Source: an uncultured Prevotella sp.
GTDB lineage: Bacteria; Bacteroidota; Bacteroidia; Bacteroidales; Bacteroidaceae
Length of the DNA stretch: 64,000 nt
Assembly: GCA_946415245.1 (NCBI GenBank)
Contig: CAMKRS010000008.1
Coordinates: 3,118-67,117 of the forward strand
Reading direction: 5' to 3'
The position numbers were made by a program, and so were the translations under genes. Shown here one piece after another: positions 42,935 through 50,627 of the stretch; position 1 is the first letter of the stretch; each line of letters starts with the position of its first letter. Below the pieces are notes generated by a model that saw nothing but the letters and a program-made list of their open reading frames with translations, did no database searches and was not told the origin of the DNA.

Positions 42935-43017
42935 CCCAAAAGTTGTCCAAAGAGGGTATTCAACTGGGTAGTGTCACTAACCACTTCAAATTCGAGGCAC
43001 CTGATGGAAAGCGACGG
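42935..43017 (+). pseudogene. Short remnant of a Bro-N/Fic-associated N-terminal domain
   Basis: 'KLSKEGIQLGSVTNHFKFEAPDGKRR' resembles that family from memory. Confidence 0.45.
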
Positions 43018-43071
43018 TCGGAATTGGATGTCACAATTTGTGACTTCCAAATTTGGAGTCGCCTGATTAAC

Positions 43072-43677
43072 TCACACAGGGTCAGACTCCTGCAAGTCCT
43101 TGTCTTCCTCTTTAGGTTGTATAAAACCTATAGGTTTACGAGGCCTGTCTTCAACAGGTTTAGCCTGAAGTTCGGATAATGCCAAACTGATGGCATCGAG
43201 TTGGGCACGAGTGCTCTCATTGATGTCGTTCTGATCAGCCAGGATATCGTTCACTTCCTCCTTGAGTTTATATAGTTCTTGTGCTAAAGTAACGACTTTC
43301 TCTGGTAAAGTAGAGAATGAAAGCATCTGCCGCATGGCAACAAATGCTCTTGTAATCTTTATGCTCGTTTCGTCAGCTACAGGGCTGCGGAGTACACTTG
43401 ATAACATCAAGGCCCCCAACTCTGTAAATGCATAAGGTAGCGATTTTTTAGGTCGCTTCATTCTTGATGTCGTCACAAATTGTGATGAGATAAGTATCCA
43501 TTCTTGATCTGTGAGTTGGAACATAAAGTCTTCAGGAAAGCGTCTTGCGTTACGCTTGACGGTTTGATTAAGTGAACGGGTCTCTACCTCATAAAGCATT
43601 GCTAGGTCAAAATCAAGCATCACGCGCTGGCCGCGAATGACGTAAATCTTGGATTGTATAATCTGTAATTCGTCCAT
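43072..43677 (-). CDS. ORF6N (KilA-N-like) DNA-binding protein
   Basis: 'IYVIRGQRVMLDFDLA.LY.VETR.LNQ.VKRN..RFPEDFMFQLT', 'PYAFTELG', 'RKPIGF'. Confidence 0.9.
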   Translation of the reverse strand: MDELQIIQSKIYVIRGQRVMLDFDLAMLYEVETRSLNQTVKRNARRFPEDFMFQLTDQEWILISSQFVTTSRMKRPKKSLPYAFTELGALMLSSVLRSPVADETSIKITRAFVAMRQMLSFSTLPEKVVTLAQELYKLKEEVNDILADQNDINESTRAQLDAISLALSELQAKPVEDRPRKPIGFIQPKEEDKDLQESDPV

Positions 43678-43750
43678 AGTAAAGTGGATTTAATTGTTAA
43701 TACTCGGTTTTACGTTTGCAAAGATAAACAGAAAATCCGAATCCACAAAC

Positions 43751-44210
43751 TGGTATTTCCGTAATGCGCTGGTACGGGCCAATTACCGCAATGTGCAGAA
43801 AGGCATCAATTATGAACCATTATTCCTGGTTCGCTTCTTCCGTAACCTGCTGCTGGGCGAGGACAATCTGTTGAAGAACAGATACATGATGATCAATGCG
43901 CTAGAAGACTGGAAAATGCCTGAAAGCGAGCTGTTACCCGACAAGCACCCGACAAGTACCCGACAATTTGCATACCGATAATCTCAACATCGTAAATCTT
44001 GTGCGTGAGGTCGGAGAAGGGGAAATGTCTGTTAAAGAAATGATGTCGGCAATGGGACTAAAGGATCGAGAGAATTTCTTGAACCTTTACCTTAATCCCG
44101 CCATCACTGAAGGTTATATCCGTCTGTTATACCCTCAATCCCCTCGCCATCCACGACAGAAATATCTGTTGACAGTTAAAGGACTTGCGTTGTTAAATGA
44201 ATTGAAATAA
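43751..44210 (+). pseudogene. Fic-family protein remnant: 5'-truncated and frameshifted before its C-terminal HTH
   Basis: 'WYFRNALVRANY...RFFRNLLLGE.N.LKNRY', then in another frame 'LKDRENF...YLNPAI..G.I...YP..PRHPRQKY.LT'. Confidence 0.78.
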
Positions 44211-44248
44211 ACTCACACAGTCTATCTTTGTAGCCGAAATATCAATAT

Positions 44249-44344
44249 ATAGGGAAGGATGCCTATTGTCGAGAGGCATGGGAACTTATCGCAAGCACCG
44301 AATGGTGTTCTTTCTCAAGTCCGCACATCCTAACCCTATTTTTG
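44249..44344 (+). ncRNA. Candidate structured RNA (multi-stem)
   Basis: TATCTTTG at 44223-44230; closing stem ATAGGG-A-AGGATG / CATCCT-AA-CCCTAT followed by a T run. Confidence 0.4.
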
Positions 44345-44389
44345 AGGCAACGAGCCCACTGGGATAGCCCCGTGAGTCATAAGCATACA

Positions 44390-44580
44390 AACGCATTAAA
44401 GCCCCGCATCCCTGCGAGGCTTTAATGTTTTGAAAAAGGCCCGCCACTGCGAGCCAAAATTGTGTTTGATAACAACTAATGCTATTCAACCTAGATATTA
44501 AACTAATGTTACAGAGGGACGGTTCTTTCGTTATAACAAGAGAACCGTCCCTCTTCGGTAGTAAATCAAACTATTCTTAA
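44390..44580 (-). ncRNA. Candidate sRNA containing a REP-like palindrome
   Basis: Minus-strand TATCTTTG at 44590-44597; two terminal hairpins at 44433-44455 and 44396-44425. Confidence 0.4.
44513..44554. repeat. REP-like palindrome, with a half copy at 42656-42679
   Basis: AGAGGGACGGTTCT-N14-AGAACCGTCCCTCT. Confidence 0.8.
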
Positions 44581-44765
44581 ATTTTGAGGCAAAGATAGTG
44601 AAAAACGAATGAAATACCAAATTTATTTGAGGAATTATAAAAAAGGCCCGCCGCTGCAGGCCAGATACTTTGTTAAACCTTAAATTTAATACACATGAAA
44701 AACATTTTTATTGGTGAGTGTCATCACGACAGTCCTATACTATGAAAAACACATAATTCTATCAG

Positions 44766-45377
44766 TTAATTATTCCTTCGCTTTTCAATTGCAGCGAAAC
44801 CTACTTCTGGTATAGGTTCTTTTTCTGACTCTCCCAATTCAGTCAAAGCTTGGTATACCTTTATCAGTTCTTCTTTGGTTTCTCTTATGGCATTGTGTGT
44901 ATCGATATCGCTTTCTTCCAATGCTATGATACGTTGTTTCAAATCTTCTAATTCTTTTTGAGTACTCACAATGGGCAGATTTTGTCTGATGGCCACAAAT
45001 GCCCGCATGATAGAAATGTTGATATTAATGGCAGTGTCGGAATTTAATACACTACTGAGCATTGCGACACCAAGTTCCGTAAAAGCAAATGCATTATAGC
45101 GAATACCACCCCAACTTGAGGTGCCATTTTGGTACCTCAAGTTTGTAACTTCCTGATTTTCAGACAAACTTGATGTTCCGATTTGGAATTTTAGTTTCTT
45201 TTGTTCTTGCGGTGTTACTTCAAACATAAAGTCAGAAGGGAATCGTTGAATATTTCTTCTAACTGCACGTTTAAGAGCCTTTGTTTCTACACCATATAGC
45301 ACAGCTAAATCGGTGTCAAGCATGACCTTTACGCCACGCACTTCATAAATCATTTGCTGGATCTTTTGTAGTTCCAT
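44766..45377 (-). CDS. ORF6N (KilA-N-like) DNA-binding protein, second paralogue
   Basis: 'IYEVRGVKVMLDTDLA.LYGVETK.LKRAVRRN..RFPSDFMF', 'AFTELGVAMLSSVLNS'. Confidence 0.9.
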   Translation of the reverse strand: MELQKIQQMIYEVRGVKVMLDTDLAVLYGVETKALKRAVRRNIQRFPSDFMFEVTPQEQKKLKFQIGTSSLSENQEVTNLRYQNGTSSWGGIRYNAFAFTELGVAMLSSVLNSDTAININISIMRAFVAIRQNLPIVSTQKELEDLKQRIIALEESDIDTHNAIRETKEELIKVYQALTELGESEKEPIPEVGFAAIEKRRNN

Positions 45378-45616
45378 AGTAATGTTGATTTAATTGTTAA
45401 TATTCGGTTTTACGCTTGCAAAGATAGAGTCTTTTTCTGAAACCACCAAATATTTTTGGGAAAAATTTGCAAATATCGCAGAAATGTCATACCTTTGTCC
45501 TCAGATTGCATCAAGAGTGGCACATGCCCACCAACCGGCCTAAATTTATTCAGATCGTTGGCAGCGGTGGTAAAGCGATGCGAGTGAGATAAAAGATTCA
45601 CTAAAAATTAACGATT

Positions 45617-46036
45617 ATGGAAATCAAGAAGATCGAGAACTGTGACTATGTAATGTTCCCACGAATGCAACATCGTGGGCTGGTGTTCAAGCATGTTGAG
45701 CGCGATGCGTTCAAGGCAGAGTTAAGGCATGTTCCGGGACATGGCGATTACTGGCTGCTCCATCAGCAGTCGAAGCCCCATCTCGTGGGCCACGTCCAGC
45801 TGCCCAAGTCTGAGGCCGAGTTTGATAATATCCTTGGCTGGTGCCTTGGCCAGAACAAATGGTGCGAATACATCGAGGGCGATCTGTCGTTCCTCTGCGT
45901 CATCGCAGGCTTCAATGCCAGCGAGCTCACCCCCAAGTACCCCGATTTCATCCGCGAGCGCGTCTACGCCCTCTACGACGCCACATTCTGGTGGCATGAA
46001 TACGGAAAAGAGGCGATTTTGAAGGAATCTGATTAA
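45617..46036 (+). CDS. Hypothetical protein
   Basis: 139-aa ORF, ATG after an AT-rich initiation region, TACCTTTG promoter at 45490. Confidence 0.7.
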   Translation: MEIKKIENCDYVMFPRMQHRGLVFKHVERDAFKAELRHVPGHGDYWLLHQQSKPHLVGHVQLPKSEAEFDNILGWCLGQNKWCEYIEGDLSFLCVIAGFNASELTPKYPDFIRERVYALYDATFWWHEYGKEAILKESD

Positions 46037-46089
46037 AAAACTTTTTTTTTTATTGGAATTCTGAGAAAAATGAAGTATCTTTGCACATT

Positions 46090-46234
46090 AATATGAAAAG
46101 AACCGTAAGGTCATATAAAATAAGTTTTAGTTTTTATTTATCTGTTTTTACCCTTCGTGAGAAGCGTGTGAATGAATAAAAAGGTTTATGATTAGTTTAT
46201 TCCGCATTGTTCGTGAGAACCGTGCGGATTTTTT
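46090..46234 (+). ncRNA. Candidate sRNA with three GNRA-capped hairpins
   Basis: TATCTTTG at 46076-46083; loops GTAA, GTGA and GTGA; last hairpin followed by a T run. Confidence 0.5.
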
Positions 46235-46421
46235 ATTTTATTTATAAAATATCCTTGAAATCCTTTGTGTTCTGAAAAAAAAAGATTATCTTTGCACGTT
46301 AGAACCGAAAACCGATTATAAAGGCAATACCGAAATTCCTTATTCCCTTCCAGTGTCAGCTGAAGGATAAAGACGATAGATAATTGGAAATTAAGTGAAT
46401 GGAACGATTAAATAACAATAG

Positions 46422-47606
46422 ATGCAATACATATTAGAAGACAAATATATTGAGAACATAATTCCACATCAGCGAAAGGCTTTCGTTGATTCTCTTAGTG
46501 GTTGCCGACATGATGCTGAAGGCTTCCACATGGAATATAAAGACAAGAACTATCAATGTTTACCAATGTTAGAAAAGATAGCAGAGTCTAAAATCCAAGC
46601 AATCTCTTTTTTCTCTGGTTGTGGAGGTCTTGACATTGGTACACAAATGGCTGGCGCAAAAATAATTTCAACGTTAGATTTTGAACCAGCTACTGTAGAA
46701 ACTGTCAAAGCAAATGATTTTTTCAAATTTGCTGAACATAAATGTGATGACATTCGGAATGTATCAGGGAGAACTTATTCTAAGATAATCAAAAATGCTA
46801 ATCCAGAAAAGTTAATATTGGTAGGGGGACCTCCATGCCAACCTTTCTCGAAAGCTGGATATTGGATCACAAATGAGAAGAGGAAAGCATTTAATGATGA
46901 AAGGAATATGGTTGGAGAATATCTTCGATTAATTGATGAAATTCGTCCAGATGGTTTCCTGCTTGAGAATGTTGAAAGTATTCTTCATCCCACAAATAAG
47001 GAAGCTGTTGAATACATTGAGGAAAAGATATCCAAGATGGGATACTTTTTCAAAAGGTACCTGGCAAACGCTTTAGAATACGGTATACCTCAAAAGCGTA
47101 AAAGAGTTATTTTCCTTGCTAGCCGGAAAGAAATAAATGGGGAACCAGAGAAGCTTATACCAGAAGAAGTCGAAAAAGTGAATGTACTGGATTGGATAGG
47201 TAGATTCGATATCCCCTCACTCGCTGAAACTGAAGAATCAACAAAAGGCAAGACTTATGATTTTGAACTTTCAGAAGTTCCGCCAGGACACAATTATATT
47301 GCTTTGTCTGCAAGGGATAATTATCCAAATCCCAAGTTCGTCGCAAATAAGCGTTTCTGGAATTTCTTGTTAAAACTCCATCCTCTACAACCATCGTGGA
47401 CTATTGCTGCGCAACCAGGCCCATGGGTTGGCCCTTTCCATTGGAACAATAGAAGATTAAGAGTGCAAGAAGTTGCAGCAATACAGACATTCCCTATGGA
47501 CTACAAATTTGTTGGTACTAGGAGGGTGATACAGAAGCAAATAGGTAACGCAGTCCCTTCATTATTAGGAGAAAAATTTGTAGATCATCTAATTAAGAAT
47601 TTATAA
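46422..47606 (+). CDS. DNA (cytosine-5)-methyltransferase M1
   Basis: Motif I FSGCGG, IV GGPPCQPFS, VI ENV, VIII QKRKR, X QIGNAVP. Confidence 0.95.
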   Translation: MQYILEDKYIENIIPHQRKAFVDSLSGCRHDAEGFHMEYKDKNYQCLPMLEKIAESKIQAISFFSGCGGLDIGTQMAGAKIISTLDFEPATVETVKANDFFKFAEHKCDDIRNVSGRTYSKIIKNANPEKLILVGGPPCQPFSKAGYWITNEKRKAFNDERNMVGEYLRLIDEIRPDGFLLENVESILHPTNKEAVEYIEEKISKMGYFFKRYLANALEYGIPQKRKRVIFLASRKEINGEPEKLIPEEVEKVNVLDWIGRFDIPSLAETEESTKGKTYDFELSEVPPGHNYIALSARDNYPNPKFVANKRFWNFLLKLHPLQPSWTIAAQPGPWVGPFHWNNRRLRVQEVAAIQTFPMDYKFVGTRRVIQKQIGNAVPSLLGEKFVDHLIKNL

Positions 47607-48637
47607 TGAAACCCAAAATAGTAAGTATATTCTCAGGTGTAGGTGGTATTGATACGGGATTCCACGATGCAGGCTTTGAAACAGTATTCGCTAATGACAA
47701 CTGGAAAGTTGCTTGTGACAGTTTCAAGGCAAACTATCCCAATGCAGAGGTTATCTGTTCAAGTATCGCCGATGTAGATTTTAAAAGTATAAAAGAAAAA
47801 TACGGAGAGATAGATGGTCTCGTAGGAGGCCCTCCTTGTCCCCCTTTCTCAAAATCTCGTTTTTACAGGACAGATAAAAAACGAGGTATTGAAGATGAAA
47901 GTGGATTCCTGACTGTGAGTAATTATTTTCGTGCTTTAGAAGAGTTGGATCCAAAATTCTTTTTTTTCGAAAATGTTGCAGGTTTTGTTTATAAGCCTCA
48001 TCAGGCCGCTTTAGAGATGGTGAAAGAAGAAAGCGAAAGGTTGGGGTATAAAATAGAATATAGAGTTGTCAATGCGGCAAATTATGGAGTCCCACAATTA
48101 AGGCAACGATTTATTTGTGTCGGAGTTAAAAAAGAATTCAAAGACTTCGTGTTCCCAGCAGAGACTCACTCAGAAAAGGGTGATGATACCCATAAGAAGT
48201 GGGTAACTTGTGGTGAAGTGATAGGTGATATTGATTTTGATTTGCCTGAAGACAAGGACAGACTCGCAGGGTCTAAACATAAGGATCTTTTAGCATTAGT
48301 CCCACCCGGTGATAATTATCTCTACTTTACAAAGGAAAGAGGATACCCGGAACCAATATTTAAATGGAGGTCTCGTTATTGGTCTTTCTTGTTGAAACTA
48401 TCTCCGGAAAAGCCATCATGGACAATCCAAGCTAGTTTCTCCAATAATATGGGGCCTTTCCACTGGAAAAATCGTTTCTTGAGAATACAAGAAATTCAGA
48501 GAATACAGACATTCCCTGACGATTACGTATTCTTAGGTAAATTCTCTGATCAATGGAGACTTATCGGCAATGCCGTTCCTCCTGTGCTTGTGAATAAGAT
48601 TGCTCAACAGATTCATAATTATTATTTCAATGCCTAA
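47606..48637 (+). CDS. DNA (cytosine-5)-methyltransferase M2
   Basis: FSGVGG, GGPPCPPFS, ENV, QLRQR, LIGNAVPP. Confidence 0.95.
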   Translation: MKPKIVSIFSGVGGIDTGFHDAGFETVFANDNWKVACDSFKANYPNAEVICSSIADVDFKSIKEKYGEIDGLVGGPPCPPFSKSRFYRTDKKRGIEDESGFLTVSNYFRALEELDPKFFFFENVAGFVYKPHQAALEMVKEESERLGYKIEYRVVNAANYGVPQLRQRFICVGVKKEFKDFVFPAETHSEKGDDTHKKWVTCGEVIGDIDFDLPEDKDRLAGSKHKDLLALVPPGDNYLYFTKERGYPEPIFKWRSRYWSFLLKLSPEKPSWTIQASFSNNMGPFHWKNRFLRIQEIQRIQTFPDDYVFLGKFSDQWRLIGNAVPPVLVNKIAQQIHNYYFNA

Positions 48638-50621
48638 TGAATATAAAATAGTAGATACCCATTCGCCAGACTATTCACTAGTAGATGGCATACCTTTTAA
48701 CAAGTTTGACGCTGGTGCAGAACTTGTTTTTCAACTAGAGAAGTTCTTCCCAGGCATGTTCCTTCTTGAGGAGATTTCTTCTCGTCAGGGAACGGGTGGA
48801 ATGAAAGAATCATTATTTAAATGCACATTTACTCCTGAAGAAACAAGTGAAAACCACTTTTATATATATGCATTAGAAATAGAAAGTGGTGGCCGCGACA
48901 AGCCATTCGAACATAGAGTACAATTTAGGCATAACTCTCAATGGAATCCTAAATTAGCAGATCTTACAATTATGACACAATTCTGTGATGAAAAAGAAAT
49001 GCTTACAAATAAGGAATGTTATGTCATTGGTATTACAAAACATGATTCTGACGATCATGATGTTATATTTTCTTCATTTCATCCGTTCAATTTATTAAGT
49101 GAAGAATCTAAAAACATTGAAACTGAAGCGACCTCCCCTAAATCAATTCAGGTTAAAGTACAATTTATCCAAGAAGCATATTTGAATGATATAAGCTGTC
49201 AGCATAAAGAAGACGGATTTAACGTAATTAATTACAAACCGCAATATTTCCTTTGGTATATGGCAAATAGAGATGAACTGCATTTGGCAGATATACAGAA
49301 AGTTAACGAATTAATTAACAAGGCAAGGACTGAAAAATACTTCAGGCCAGTTTCTCAAATTCCTGTTTGTACAGAAGACATTCAAAAGATGGTTATATCT
49401 GCACTACGCACAAAACCATTCATTCTTCTTGCAGGCATAAGTGGTACGGGTAAATCCCGTAAAGTTCAAGAACTAGCCTATCTTACTTGTAAGAGAGATG
49501 GTATTCATGATAAGGATGAGACTGCACCAGGCAACTACATGCTGATACCTGTTAAGCCAAATTGGCATGATAGTACAGAATTGCTTGGTTATTACAGCTC
49601 AATCACTGGGAAGTATGTGCTTACTGATTTTATCCGATTTATTTGGAAGGCTTGGGTGCATAAGGATGTTCCATACTTCCTCTGTCTTGATGAAATGAAC
49701 CTTGCTCCGGTGGAACAGTATTTTGCCGAGTATTTGAGTATTTTGGAAACAAGAAAACTTGTATATGACGAAGAAAAGAAAGAGTGGCATATTCAAACTG
49801 CCGAGATTCTTTCAAAGAAGATATTCGAGAACTTACCAACGGAAATACGAAAAGAGCCCAAAGACAAAGTAATTACCTATAGTCCCATGACATCGGACAC
49901 TCGCCCTGAGATTAATCAGTTATACAAAGGAGATGATATTCAGATTATTAATTTCCTAAAAGAGAATGGTCTTCGCCTACCCGAGAATCTCTTTGTGATA
50001 GGTACGGTGAATATGGATGATACGACACATCAATTCTCCCGTAAGGTGATTGATCGTGCTTTCACCATAGAAATGAACGGTGATGAGTTGACTAAGATGT
50101 TTGATGCCAAGGATACTCTCACTTATTTAGACGATCCTATGACAATAGATGATATAAAACCACTATATGTCAAGGCTCAGGAAGTGTTGGAGGCATATCC
50201 GAGTGATGCAAATACTATTAAGACGTTTGTTCCAGAATTTTTAAACAGAATTAATGGAGAAGGCATCTTTAAAGATACTCCATTCAGAGTTAGCTATCGT
50301 GTACAAAATGAATTAGTGCTATATTATGCATCTATCCGACCACAAGGTGACTTAACTCCAGATCAGATTATACCTTATCTCCAGGAAGCGTTTATGGCAA
50401 TATTATTAGAAAAGATCTTACCAAGGGTTGAGGGTGATGAAAAAGCCATGAAGTGTAATGAGAAAGGCGACTCATCGATATTATTGAATATAAAGCAATA
50501 TCTCAATGAGATAAAACCTATAGAAGGGGAGCCAAGTCCTACATTCAACACACTCATTAAGAAATTGGATGAAATGAACGAAAGGGTAAAGAATAGCTAC
50601 TTTACCAGTTTCTTCTCATAA
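48630..50621 (+). CDS. McrB-like AAA+ GTPase restriction subunit
   Basis: 'GISGTGKS', 'PNWHDSTELLGY', 'LDEMNLA', McrB signature 'GTVNMDD', 'DRA'; start ATG at 48630. Confidence 0.92.
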   Translation: MPNEYKIVDTHSPDYSLVDGIPFNKFDAGAELVFQLEKFFPGMFLLEEISSRQGTGGMKESLFKCTFTPEETSENHFYIYALEIESGGRDKPFEHRVQFRHNSQWNPKLADLTIMTQFCDEKEMLTNKECYVIGITKHDSDDHDVIFSSFHPFNLLSEESKNIETEATSPKSIQVKVQFIQEAYLNDISCQHKEDGFNVINYKPQYFLWYMANRDELHLADIQKVNELINKARTEKYFRPVSQIPVCTEDIQKMVISALRTKPFILLAGISGTGKSRKVQELAYLTCKRDGIHDKDETAPGNYMLIPVKPNWHDSTELLGYYSSITGKYVLTDFIRFIWKAWVHKDVPYFLCLDEMNLAPVEQYFAEYLSILETRKLVYDEEKKEWHIQTAEILSKKIFENLPTEIRKEPKDKVITYSPMTSDTRPEINQLYKGDDIQIINFLKENGLRLPENLFVIGTVNMDDTTHQFSRKVIDRAFTIEMNGDELTKMFDAKDTLTYLDDPMTIDDIKPLYVKAQEVLEAYPSDANTIKTFVPEFLNRINGEGIFKDTPFRVSYRVQNELVLYYASIRPQGDLTPDQIIPYLQEAFMAILLEKILPRVEGDEKAMKCNEKGDSSILLNIKQYLNEIKPIEGEPSPTFNTLIKKLDEMNERVKNSYFTSFFS

Positions 50622-50627
50622 TAACGG

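Noticed and set aside
46093-46179. 28-aa ORF MKRTVRSYKISFSFYLSVFTLREKRVNE
   Set aside because: It lies within the hairpin RNA candidate and is not shared by the related copies. Not excluded, but unsupported.
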